From: Octopus vulgaris
Lineage: Eukaryota
Reading direction: 5' to 3'
Assembly: GCA_951406725.2 (NCBI GenBank)
Contig: OX597838.1
Coordinates: forward strand, 19,964,001 to 20,028,000
DNA: 64,000 bases
The notes beneath the pieces are model-generated. The model saw only the letters and a list, made by a program, of their open reading frames with translations, was not told the DNA's origin and searched no databases. Shown here one piece after another: positions 19,626 through 32,106 of the stretch; position 1 is the first letter of the stretch; every line of letters begins with the position of its first letter. The translations under genes and the position numbers were made by a program.

Positions 19626-22329
19626 TTAATCAACCTCTTCCATTTTAGACAAATCATCATCTCCCTCTAACGCTGGCATATCGGCATCATTCTCTACAGG
19701 TGCATTCTCTTCCATTATTTCCTCTTCGTCCAAACCAAGACCAAAGCTAATCATTCGATGAATACGACAGGCATGTGATTGTGGGTTATCAAGATTGAAA
19801 CCCGATGACAACAGAGAGGTTTCATACATTAAGATTACAAAGTCTTTCACAGTTTTGTCGTTTTTGTCACTATCTACTTTGCTCTTTAATGCCTTAATGA
19901 TGGAATGATCAGGGTTTACTTCCAAATGCTTCTTAGCAGCCATGTAACCCATGGTTGAAGTATCTCTCAAAGCTTGAGCCTTCATGATACGTTCCATGTT
20001 CGCTGACCAACCATACTGACTAGTGACAATACAGCAGGGAGAGTCCACCAATCTGTTTGATACAACAACCTGCAACATACAGAGGAAACAAGAATTCAAG
20101 TTATTGAAGTTAGTCATGGAGAACATAAAACAAAAAAAAAAAATCACCAACAATTTTATAATTTAGCAACTAAACGAAATTTAAACTACTACCAACCTTC
20201 TCGACCTTTTTGTCCAGAATGTCTTTGATAACTTTACACAAGCCTTCGTATGCTGTCTTATCCTCCTCCAGTTTCTTTTTAGACTCCTCATCGTCAGGAA
20301 GTTCCAAACCCTCTTTGGTAACACACACCAGCTGTTTGCCTTCATATTCCTTCAATTGTTGAGCAGCATATTCATCAATTGGGTCTACCATATAGACCAC
20401 TTCACAGCCAGATTTCTTTACTTTCTCAACAAAGGCAGAGTTCTTAACAGCCTCCCTGGTCTCACCTGTATAACGAGATGCAACAGAACAAGCATTACAA
20501 CTACATGTATACATGGATTACAGGCAACGGTGAAACAAATAATAGCACTGATACTCACCAGTAATGTAATAGATATGTTTCTGGTTCTCCTTCATGCGAG
20601 ATACATAATCTTTAAGAGAAGACATTTCATCACCAGAGCTGGATGTGTGATAACGGAGGAAATCAGCCAACTTCTTTCTGTTTGTATGATCTTCATGAAT
20701 ACCAAGCTATTGAAAAACAGCAACAGATAGCCACATGAGTTACAGCAAAGAAAAACTTCATTCAGTCCATCACTACGTTAACAATATCAAAGATTAAAAA
20801 TAGAAATCTTTAAAACTGAACTCACCTTCAAATTCTTTGAAAATTGTTCATAAAATTTCTTGTATTCATCTTTGTTCTCAGCAACTGATTCAAACAACTC
20901 AACACATTTCTTTACTAAATGTTTCCTAATCACTTTCAGGATCTTGCTCTGTTGCAGAGTCTCACGAGAAATGTTCAGGGGCAAGTCTTCAGAATCTACA
21001 ACACCTTTGATGAAGTTCAAGTATTCTGGGATCAAGTCTTCACAGTTGTCCATGATAAATACTCTGCGTACATACAACTTAATGTTGTTCTTTTTCTTCT
21101 TATTCTCAAACATATCGAAAGGAGCTCTTTTGGGGACAAATAGCAAAGCCCGGAACTCCAGTTGACCCTCAACAGAGAAATGCTGCAAAACACAAAAATA
21201 ACCAGGATCATTACAGAAACTTTCTTTTTTTAAATCAAAACAATGTATTCATTCAATGTGAAGCCATTCGAATAAAAATAGTTTTAACCAAATGAATCAA
21301 CTCACCTTAACAGCAAGATGTTCTTCCCAATCGTTGGTCAACGACTTATAGAATTCCCCATACTCTTCATTTTTAATATCATCAGGGTTCCTACTCCAGA
21401 TGGGTTTAGTTTTGTTCAATTCTTCATCTTCAAAGTATTTTTCTTTGATGCTCTTCTTTTTCTTGCCTTTTGAGGTCTCTTCATCTTCTACATCTTCAAT
21501 CTTAATCTTGTCTTCCTGTTAAGGACAATAGAAAATTAAATGTCACACTGATAGAACATTAATAATTAGACACCAATTAGGTAATAACTCAACAATAACC
21601 AGAAATATTACTTACACCTTCCTCCTCTTTGTCTTCTTTCTTTTCTTCTTCCTCTTCGTCATCAGATACTTCCTTGCTTCGTTCCTTCTCAACAACCAGT
21701 TTGATGGGATAACCAATGAACTGACTGTGTTTCTTTACCACCTCTTTGATACGTTTCTCTTCCAGGTATTCAGCCTGGTCTTCCTTCAGGTACAGAGTGA
21801 TCTTGGTACCACGGCCAAGTTTTTCACTGGTTGAAGTCTTAATGGTGAAAGTACCACCAGCAGACGACTCCCAGGTGTGTTGGTCATCATCATTATGTTT
21901 AGATTCAACAATCACTTTATCAGCAACCAAGTAAGCAGAATAGAAACCGACACCAAACTGACCAATCATAGAAATATCAGCACCAGACTGCAGAGCTTCC
22001 ATGAAAGCTTTAGTACCAGACTTAGCAATGGTACCCAGGTTGTTGACCATATCAGCCTTGGTCATGCCGATACCGGTGTCAATAATGGTCAATGTGTTAT
22101 CCTCCTTGTTGGGGATGATCTTGATGTATAATTCCTTGCCGCTGTCTAGCTTGGACGGGTCAGTCAAAGACTCGTATCTGATCTTGTCAAGAGCATCAGA
22201 AGAGTTGGAAATCAACTCCCTGAGAAAGATTTCTTTGTTGGAATAGAAAGTGTTGATGATCAAGCTCATCAACTGAGCAATTTCAGCCTGGAAGGCGAAT
22301 ACTTCTCCATCAGCAGTTTCAGTTGACAT
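19626..22329 (-). CDS. HSP90: Cytosolic heat shock protein 90 (HSP90-alpha/hsp83 type), complete, 713 aa
   Basis: Six coding exons: 22329-21616, 21515-21306, 21182-20826, 20706-20559, 20465-20197, 20069-19626, all GT-AG and in frame. Signatures [45 protein letters not shown] and [10 protein letters not shown] are present, with C-terminal MEEVD. Confidence 0.98.
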
Positions 22330-23525
22330 CTGCAACAAATGAATTTACAATGAGTGTAAAAGGGAAGAATCCATCCATGCATTGTAACATTAAGGGGAGG
22401 GGGGGCCAATTCTGTCAGCATGCAACAAGTGTAAACTGTTTTCAAATAACACTGGACCGAAACGTCTAACAGGATCGATAACTACCATGTTGCTTCCACA
22501 GACAACATTAACCACCATCCCAGTCAACCCACCCCACCCATTAACTGCCATCTATTATCCTTCCTACTACTTGTGCAGTGTTTTTCACACACACACACCA
22601 GACACCCTTTAACGAATCCAAATATCGTAGTACTACTTTTTATACGGAACTTCAAAAAAAAAAATTTATCACATATTAAAAAAAAAAAAAAAATGGCATA
22701 TATAAATCCATATGAATTCGAAAACTACAAACTGTCTCAATCCAGAAACAATATTGTCTTCGATGAATGAGAGACTGAATAGATAAAGTTCTGCCGGACG
22801 AGATTCCGCCCCCCCCTCTACATTCTCGAAAGTACGGTGCGGCGCGGGGTGTAGGGTGGGGGCATCCCACCCCTCCTCAAAATCGCACGACCTTAATTGC
22901 TGTAATCTATTGAAATAGATCAGATTTATCACAGATTTATGGTTAATGTTTTAGTCTTATGCTCATACCATCGATATCAACGAATGATCTAACTGCAAAT
23001 ACTTTGAAAGCAGGGCAGTAACCAAAATTGAACCTTAATTTAAAGATTTTTTATATTAAAAATCATGAGACCCACTAAGATAGGAGTGTCCTGGATAGCT
23101 TAAAAATTCGGGGTTTTTTTTTTTCACCAAATCGGAACACCCATAAATAAAACCACAATGTTTTTTTTTTCTTTTCCTTTGTGGAAAAAAAGCCGAAAAA
23201 TTTCTAAGACAATTCCTATATAAATTGAAATTTCTTTGTACCCACCCTTCATTAATGAAGTTACAATAGAAATCCTTTATATAACCAGAGGTAATTCCTT
23301 TCTCAATGCTTAATGAAGCAAAAAAAAAAAAAATTCAATATTTGAAAAAAAAAGACAAAAACGCCGACAAAATGAAAAAAACGTTGAAAGGCAAAAAAAA
23401 TATGGAAATTCTTGACGGTTAATTTGGAAATTGTGATCTAGAATTTAGTATTTTCTAAAAAAAGTATGCAATAATTGGAATTTTAAAAAAGTAAAAAAGA
23501 ATAATTGCGGAATTAATTTTCTTAC

Positions 23526-23617
23526 CTTGAAAATTTTTAATGAATTATGATAGGAATTAGGGTGAGATAAAAAGTTTGAATGACGAGCCAAGCAACAGCG
23601 ACGCACTCGATTTGAAT
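23526..23617 (-). other. HSP90: Non-coding first exon (5' UTR) of HSP90
   Basis: Donor CAAG|GTAAG at 23526/23525 and an initiator-like TCATT near 23619-23615, about 30 nt downstream of the TATA box. The acceptor TTGCAG abuts the ATG at 22329, the layout known for HSP90/hsp83 genes. The TSS position is approximate. Confidence 0.8.
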
Positions 23618-23643
23618 GAGAGAGTCGCACGAGGAACCAAGCC

Positions 23644-23650
23644 TTTTATA
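23644..23650 (-). promoter_or_regulatory. TATA box of HSP90
   Basis: TATAAAA on the minus strand (ttttata on +), between the HSE array and the putative TSS. Confidence 0.85.
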
Positions 23651-23677
23651 TGGCCTCGTATTGATTCGCCGAGTAAG

Positions 23678-23727
23678 CTTCTAGATTGTTCTAGAAGCTT
23701 CTAGATTGTTCTGGTAGCTTCTAGAAG
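23678..23727. promoter_or_regulatory. Heat shock element array (10 contiguous alternating nTTCn/nGAAn pentamers)
   Basis: TTC at 23679, 23689, 23699, 23709 and 23719; GAA or near-GAA at 23684, 23694, 23704, 23714 and 23724. Seven of 10 units are perfect. It lies about 30 bp upstream of the TATA box. Confidence 0.92.
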
Positions 23728-25281
23728 GATCCATCAATAATTCGCGGAAATTTCATTATAAAGGTTACTTTTTACGGTGATATTTTATTATCTGAAACTA
23801 TTGAATGAGTTTTTTGCGTTATTTAAGTTTAATCTCAGGGAGATTTTCTAATTCGAATGTGGGAATATTTCGAGCCGAAGAACTGCTCTTCCGGTTTAAA
23901 CGGAAGTAGATGTATTCTCTCTACCTGCAGCATATGGACTTACTTCTGGTGACCTTTACAAAAATGTCAAATGATGTCATTGAAAGAAGCATGTCGAAAA
24001 CGAAACTAGTTTCTGATTTCTTTGTTTAATGGTTCGTTTATTTTTTCTCAGAATTTACATATTCAGTCGATAGAGCACACTTCTATAGAAAGAAATAAAG
24101 TGAAAGTATGGTTTGCCTTGGAAAGCGTTGAGTTTTTGTTTCATTCTTGTATAGAATCTTCATGTTATATTTCTATATCACACATGCGAATTGATACATA
24201 TATATATATATATATATATATTTATTTATTTATTTATTTATATCTATATACACTTTATGAAAGGTATTATATAAGGCCCTATCGATAAAAATCAACTCTA
24301 GCACTTTATTAGTACTTATTTTAACAACCTTAAAATAAAAGGTTAAGTCGACGCCCCGGTTCGATTTGAACTTTGACAATGGATACGAGCATGTTATAAA
24401 GCAAATGTATGTTGGTAATGTGACATGTCGTTCATGCCCTTCTCGAAACTGACCCCATTTTCGTAACCGTAGTTCCACCCACAATGACCTGCTCCGCCTC
24501 CATAGCCAAAATTTCCCGCCATATCAAAATTTTTTGTTATAGGTGTCTTGTATAAATACATGTAATGCCGTCGTATATAGGCATACATATGTATATATGT
24601 AAGAAAGCATTAGTGACTGTGCCGGATTTAAGGTCAGCTGGCACCCTATGCGCAGCCCAACAATAGTTCCCCTTGCGATCTCTGTTAAATTGACAGACCT
24701 AGCAGGCCCCGGGAAATTTCTACGAAGTATTTCTTTTCTTTTTAAAATCCACAACTGGGACCGTGGGTTCGTGCCCAGCCGTATGCACCTTCTTTTGTTT
24801 AAGCTCATTCGGGTCAGTGTTAACAGCGTAGTTGTACCGTAGCAGACTAACATTGCAGAAGATAATTTCTGAATAAGAAATAATCGATTAAAATTTCAGC
24901 TTCCTTTCAGGCCATATGCCCCACAACAGCCTATATTAAATATAAAGCTCGCTTTAATTTTATTTCTGTAACAATATATATGAAAAGTATTTAATTGTGA
25001 CTAGAGCAACGAGATGGACGTATTCACTTCTTTTGTTCTTTTTTTCTTTGTATTTTTTAAACATTTAAATAGCAAAGAATTATTGAAAACGATTCTTTCT
25101 ACCGATTTCGACATGTGGGAATTTTTGAACGAAGGAAAATCTAATGAAAAAATCTACGAAACGAAATATCCGTCGGCTTCTTCCTATATCGAAGATACAA
25201 AGCAAAAATACTAACAGACATGGATCAATGCCGACTGTTGCCTACTTTATAACTTTATTTATACTTTTAAAAGTTTTATTA

Positions 25282-25312
<31 letters not shown>

Positions 25313-26064
25313 AATTATTGTTTTAATTACGATCACGTAATAACGATTCAAGTCCTCGACATCGAAGTTTCGACATATTTCCTCAAGCGATTCATTTCAC
25401 TCATGAGTGATTTCGTTGCCCGAGCAGTATCAAACTGCAGATTACAACATTCAATAACAGTTTACAACACAATAAGTTTCAACATCAACAGACAAGCCAT
25501 CACCGTTTCTGCTTCCCTGCTGGCAGCGAATGCTGCACAGCAAATTGCTTCCCAGTGGCAACCGGGCGAGCAAGCCATTGAGAGGATGTTTGTTTTCCTG
25601 CGATCAAAGGCATTTCTAACCGTCTTCCTGTCTTTATTATTGTATATGTATATTTAAATATATGTAGGAAACCTAGGAAAACATTATCCAGTATCATCCA
25701 CCTTTCCAAAGATGACAGCATATGATTTAAGGGAATTCGGCTATTATTTCTAGCAAATTGAGCGACCTCATAGAGGCTCTTCTGCTGGATCGGGTTGCGA
25801 CATGCGGCAATTTCGAGATTTTCAAATTTATCCTACTCGTTACTATATTTCACTATTATTATTAATGTTAATATTTTTGCTGTGTATGTATATATACATA
25901 TATATATATACACATTTTTTTGTGGAGTCTTGTTCATTTGAACCTTAGCAAATCTTTTTTTATTAAAAACAAACTTCTGTACGGTCCAAAGCACGTGCTT
26001 ATTTCGCTTAATGGTTCACTCCTACGTACATACGTGTATATAGATAGATAGATAGATAGATAGA

Positions 26065-26111
<47 letters not shown>

Positions 26112-26304
26112 CTTGTTTCAGTCATTTTGACTGCGGCCATGCTGGAGCACCGCCTTTAATCGAGCAACTCGACTCCGGGACTTATTCTTTGCAAGCCCAG
26201 TACTTATTCTATCGGTCTCTTTTGCCGAACCGCTAAGTAACGGGGACGTAAACACACCAGCATCGGTTGTCAAGCAATGCTAGGGGAGAAACACAGACAC
26301 ACAA

Positions 26305-26371
<67 letters not shown>

Positions 26372-26378
26372 ACAGGCT

Positions 26379-26416
<38 letters not shown>

Positions 26417-27939
26417 ATTATTATTATTAATTGGTTATCTCAAGGACCGAGAGTTTCGTCATTTACGCTAATCGTTGGCTCTTCATAAATACCAGTAAAC
26501 GAAACTCAGGGTCCCTGAATCACTCTAACTGCAACTGATTAATAATACACACACACACATACGCATATACATTCAATTAAAAGAAGACGTGCTGACCATA
26601 CCAATCGGTTTTGCACCGAATAATGTGAGTGTGTATGTACGCACGTTAGAATAAAATGTGTCTTAATTGTGGTCTAAATAATTTTGACATTTAAAATATT
26701 AATATACAATGCAGACAGGTACACGTTACTTTATAACAACACTGTCCTATGGAAGAGAAGTTTCGGTCGAGAAAAGACCTGAAGGAAAAGCTAAGCCAGA
26801 AAGGAAGGAAGGTCTTGGTCTATGATGCCCGGTCCCAAACTGAAAGATAAATAGTTACTGGAGATGTATTTCTTCGCTCGTTACTGCTTCTTGTTGTTTA
26901 GCTCAATCAAGCCGACATATATAATCGAAAACATCTCAAATGTAACCCTTCCTTCCGTCCTGTTTTGGCTATGTACAATTAGACTAGGTTATATTCTTTT
27001 ATTTGTTTATCATTTTGACTGCGGCCGTGCTGGAGCACTGCCTTTATGTCGAACAAATCGGTCACAGGACTTATTCTTTGCAAGCCTAGTACTTATTCTA
27101 TCGCTAGGCTTCGAGGACGTAAACACACCAACATCGGTTGTCAAACGATGGTGGGAGACAAACACAGATCCACAAATATATATATATATATATATTTTCT
27201 TTACTACCCACAAGGGACTAAACATAGAGGGGACAAACGGATTAAGTCGATTACATCGACCCAGTGCGAAACTGGTACTTTATTTATCGACCCCGAGAGG
27301 ATGAAAGGCAAAGTCGACCTCGGCGGAATATATATATATATATATATGACTGGCTTCTTTCAGGTTCCGTCTACCGAATCCACTAACAAGGCTTCGGTCG
27401 GCCTGAGGTTATAGTAGAAGTCACGCAGTGAGACTGAACCCGGAACCATGTGGTTGGGAAGCAATGTCCTTGCCACACAGCCACTCCTTCGCCTATATAA
27501 CACATTCCTTTTTTTTTTTTTTTTGTAATATGGTAGGACTGAGGGCGATTCGACTGTTCTTTCTAACAGATCGAGCGACCACGTGGAAACTACTTCGTTG
27601 GCTTGTTAATGTTATTATGATTACGATAAAGTTTAACAGGTTTAAAAGAACCGTTACACTCGTCCTTTTTAAAACCGTTAGAGGTGATTGCAAAAACATT
27701 TGTCTGCAATTTCTAGCTTGCAGTTGGTCATTTATTTCCTTCTGAAGAACGTGGCTATTTAATAATTAGAACTAATGAATAATTAAATTAAGTGGTTCAT
27801 GTTTTAAACATTAGAACCTTCGCTAGTCTTTTGAAAAATGGATTTCAATAGAGCGGCTGTTATTATAATTATTAGTGTTCTTATTGTTATTATCGAAGAT
27901 AATTTCATCTGTTATTGTTAACGTTTGATTGCGATCGCA

Positions 27940-28402
27940 TTTGTTGCAGTGGTTGTTGAGGTGGTGGTAACGGTGATGATGGAGATGATGGTGATGGTGA
28001 AGAAGATGACGACCATGGGTCATGATTTATGATGTTGATATTGATGGTGATGATGATGATGTGGGAGTGGTGGTGGCGGCGGTGATGTTGATGTGAATGA
28101 TGGTGCTGGAGATGAAATGTGATGATGATGTTCAAATGGTTAATACTGGTGATATTGGTGATAGGGATGCAGGTGAGAATGGTGGTGTTAATGGAGATGG
28201 CGTTGGTTGTGGTGATGATAATGGTGATAGTTGTGGTGTTGACGGAGTTGGTGGCAGTGGTTGCGGTAGAGGTTGTGGTTCTGGAAATAGTAGTATGATG
28301 AGGACAATGATAGGGATGATGGTGATAGCAGTGACGGTATTAAGGATGATGGTGATGGTACATGATAGTGATGAGGGTAGTGTTAACGGTGGTGACGATG
28401 GT
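27940..28402. repeat. Degenerate (GGT/GAT)n low-complexity tract
   Basis: Seen directly. Confidence 0.85.
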
Positions 28403-28737
28403 AGCTCAGCATCAGACAAGAACGCTTAGCAGCATTTCTTCTGAATCTTTTATGCTTTAAGTTCAAATGCTACTCAGGTCACTTTTTGTCCTTCATCGTC
28501 TTGGGGTTAATTATTATTGTGCAAAATGCTTAGCGGCATTTCATACTTTTTTTTTTTTTTGTATTCTGAGTTTAAATTCCACCAAGATCGACTTTGACTT
28601 TCATCCTTTGGGTGGACGTGGGGGGGGGGGGGATAAAAGAAATACCACTTAAACACTGGGGGTCAATGTAATTGATTTCCCCCCTCCCCCGAATTTGCTG
28701 GCCTTGTGCCAAAATTTGAAACTGTTATTATTATCAT

Positions 28738-30335
28738 TGAGTGACAGAGAGCAGTGCATGCCATCAAAGTGACACCGGGGTAAAATATACGAAGCTCAGT
28801 ATACCCATCATGACTACCCGTCTGATAAGGGTACACCAGGCACATGCATCACAACCAGACGTGCTGGACATGGCAATCTCATTTCAAGATTAACAGTGCA
28901 TGACCTTGCAGGTAGGGCCCAGTTAGAATTTTCTTCTGGTCGAGTAGCCCATCCCGCTCAAAAGGTCCTTGAATAAGGATTGTTTAAGGTTGTTGAACAA
29001 ACCACCCATGTTTCCAAAGGTGAATTATCCAAACCTTTAAGAATTCCTTTCAACACATGGCTATGATGCTCCCCCACTACTTCTGCTCACGATCAGAAAT
29101 GCACATATCGTCAACCACTAAGGGACATGGTCAACTGGTTAAGGTCAAACAACTGACAAGCAAATCTGTGGTTTTGAGCAGAATATTTGCTGTAGCCCAT
29201 CTTTTATACCAATTATTATTATTAGTAGTAGTAGTAGTAGTAGTAGTATTTTCCTTTGCAATGCTCTTGATATGGATAATCCTGTGAGAGAGGACAGCAA
29301 CCTTGTTGTCAAAGGTCTCACAGGGTCTTTTTTTATTTGGTGAGCTGGCAGAATCGTTAGCATGCAGGACGAAATGCTTAGCAGTATTTCACCCGTCATT
29401 ACATTCTGTGTTCAAATTCCGCCAAAGTTGACATTTGCCTTTCATCCTTTCGGGGGTCGATAAATTAAATACCAGTGAAACACTGGGATCGATATAATTG
29501 ACTAGTCCCTTCCCTCCAAATTTCTGACCTTGTATCCATACTAGAAAGAATTATTGCTATTATTATTATTAAGGCAGCAAGCTGGCAGAATTGTTACCAC
29601 ACCAGAAAGAAATGCTTAGCAGCCTTTTGTCTGTCTTCACATTCTGAGTTCAAATTCTACCGAGTCTGATTTTGCCTTTCATCCTTTCGGGGTCAATAAT
29701 GCCGTGGTTGATATAACTGACTTATCCCTTCCCCCAAAATTACTGGCCTTGTGCCAAAATTATTATTATTATTGAGTGAGAGAGCAGTGCATGCCATCAA
29801 AGTGACACTGGGGTACAAATATACGAAGCCCAATATACCCATCATGACTACCTGTCTGATAAGGGTACACCAGGCACATGCATCACAACCATATGCACAC
29901 GACATGGTGATCTCATATCAAGATAAACAGCGCATGACTTTGCAGGTGGGGCCTAGTTAGAATTTTCTTCTGGTCGAGTAACCCATCCCACTCAAACGGT
30001 CCCTGAATAAGGATAGTTTAAGGATGTTGAATGAACCACCCACGTTTCCAAAGGTTAATTATCCAAACCTCCAAGAATCCCTCTCAACACATGGCTATGA
30101 TGCTCCCCCACAACTTCTGCTCATGATCAGAGATGCACATATCATCAGCCAGTAAGGGACATGCTCAACTGGTTAAGGTCAAACAACTGACAAGCAAATC
30201 TGTGGTTTTGAGCAAAATGTTTGCTGTAGCCCATCTTTTATACCAATACAAAACAATGTACATGATAACACTTGCAATCAGTTAAGATCAGAAGCCATGA
30301 GAGCCACTGTCTGGTACTGCATCAGAGCATTTATT
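28738..30335. repeat. Two diverged direct copies of an interspersed element (28738-29210 and 29773-30335)
   Basis: Shared gagagcagtgcatgccatcaaagtgacac...gcccatcttttatacca, with (TAT)n flanks. Confidence 0.75.
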
Positions 30336-31447
30336 ATTATCATTATTATTATTAACAATAATTTTAGAAGTAATATGAACAATTTGTTTTAGTGATCATT
30401 AATTAATTGATGAAAGAGATTATATTCCCCAACATAGCCTACACCATCATCATCTAACCCTCAGCTATTATGAAATATTTGCACAACTTGCTCACCATGG
30501 AAACTATTTCGACTAAAAGACTAGAATAGAAAAATAGAAAAAAAGAAAGACCAATATTGCTATTAATTTATCAACATTGCAGCCATGTTGCTTGTATTCT
30601 GACTTGATGGTGGAGTGTATGGACTAGAGTTTAATATTTTCCTGTGTAGCAAACATGATGTGAATGGAATTATTTTAGAAAAAGAACAAACGCTTAATGT
30701 TTTACAACATATTTGTGAGAAAGGCATGAATGTCACATTATGCTATTTAAATTCCTTTTTTTCTCCCTTTACATGTCAGGACAAATCAAAAATGATCTCT
30801 TTTTTTTTCTTTTATTCATTTATTTGCTTTAGTCATTTGACTGCGGCCATGCTGGAGCACCGCCTTTAGTCGAGCAAATCGACCCCAAGACTTATTCTTT
30901 GTAAGCCTAGTACTTATTCTATTGGTCTCTCTTGCCAAACCACTAAGTGACGGGGACATAAACACACTAGCATCGGTTATAAAGCAATGTTGGGGGCACA
31001 AACACACATGTATATGTATGTATATATGTGTGTGTATACGGTGGGCTTCTTTCAGTTTCCATCTACCAAATCCAATCACAAGGCTTTGGTCGGCCTGAGG
31101 GTATAGTAGAAGACACTTACCCAAGTATATGTGTGTTTGTCGCTTGACAACCGATGCTGGTGTGTTTACGTCCCCGTAACTTAGCGGCTCAGCAAAAGAG
31201 ACTGATAGAATAAGTACTAGGCTTACAAAGAATAAGTCTTGGGATCGATTTGCTCGACTAAAGGTGGTGCTCCAGCATGGCCACAGTCAACAGACTGAAA
31301 CAAGTAAGAGAGAATATATATATATATGATGATGATGATGATGATGATACACACACATATATATATTGTTCAAGTTGGATTTAGAATCCTGGTAGTAAAT
31401 ATGACCCTTTTAAGAGCCTCCAAGACAATGTCTCTGTAATATTAAAT

Positions 31448-31776
31448 ATGTTAGTGAATGAAGTAAACTTGATAGACCAATCTCTATATAAAACACTTTT
31501 GCTGGCAGCCAGTTCGAATATTGAACGAGGTGTGTTAACAGTATTCTGTCCTTTTGGCATACTGTACACCAGTAATTTAATTTTTGAATTAGCTGCCAAG
31601 AAACTATTATTTATGCAAATTTGTCTCCCCAGTTTATTGCAGTGCACAATGTTTCACAGTTGAAAAACACTAACAAAACAGGTTTGAAACATTGCTTTTT
31701 CTGTCCACATAAATATTGAATATGCATGCGTATTGTTTAGGTGTGTCCTTGACTACAACAATCAATAGATATGTAC

Positions 31777-31834
<58 letters not shown>

Positions 31835-32071
31835 CTATTATTTAAGTTGTCATTTGGCCAAATGCATTTTTTTTTCCAATCTTTATTTTTGCTTGCGATA
31901 GCCAGTTCTTTTGGTCAAACTATTGTATCTCCAGCTGCTTCAGATGCCAAGCTATCAAAAAATTGTGAAAGTGTAGTACAATGGTTTTGCTATGGAATGG
32001 TAAAACTATTTTTTCGTTTTCTGAAAAAGCAAAATTTTGGACTTACGACACTTTTGCATAATAGCAATGAT

Positions 32072-32106
<35 letters not shown>

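Noticed and set aside
20070-21615. Possible intronic snoRNAs in HSP90
   Set aside because: Introns are short (about 90-130 nt); in the one read closely (20707-20825) I found no convincing C/D pair with a terminal stem, and nothing stood out in the others.
20356-22246. Plus-strand ORFs overlapping HSP90
   Set aside because: Antisense shadows of the HSP90 coding exons.
24394-24588. Gly/Tyr-rich minus-strand ORF (NFGYGGGAGHCGWNYGY)
   Set aside because: Short, weak acceptor, no linked exons or homology; cannot be supported.
28097-28429. Gly/Asp-rich, Pro/Ser-rich and His-rich ORFs
   Set aside because: Products of a degenerate GGT/GAT tract.
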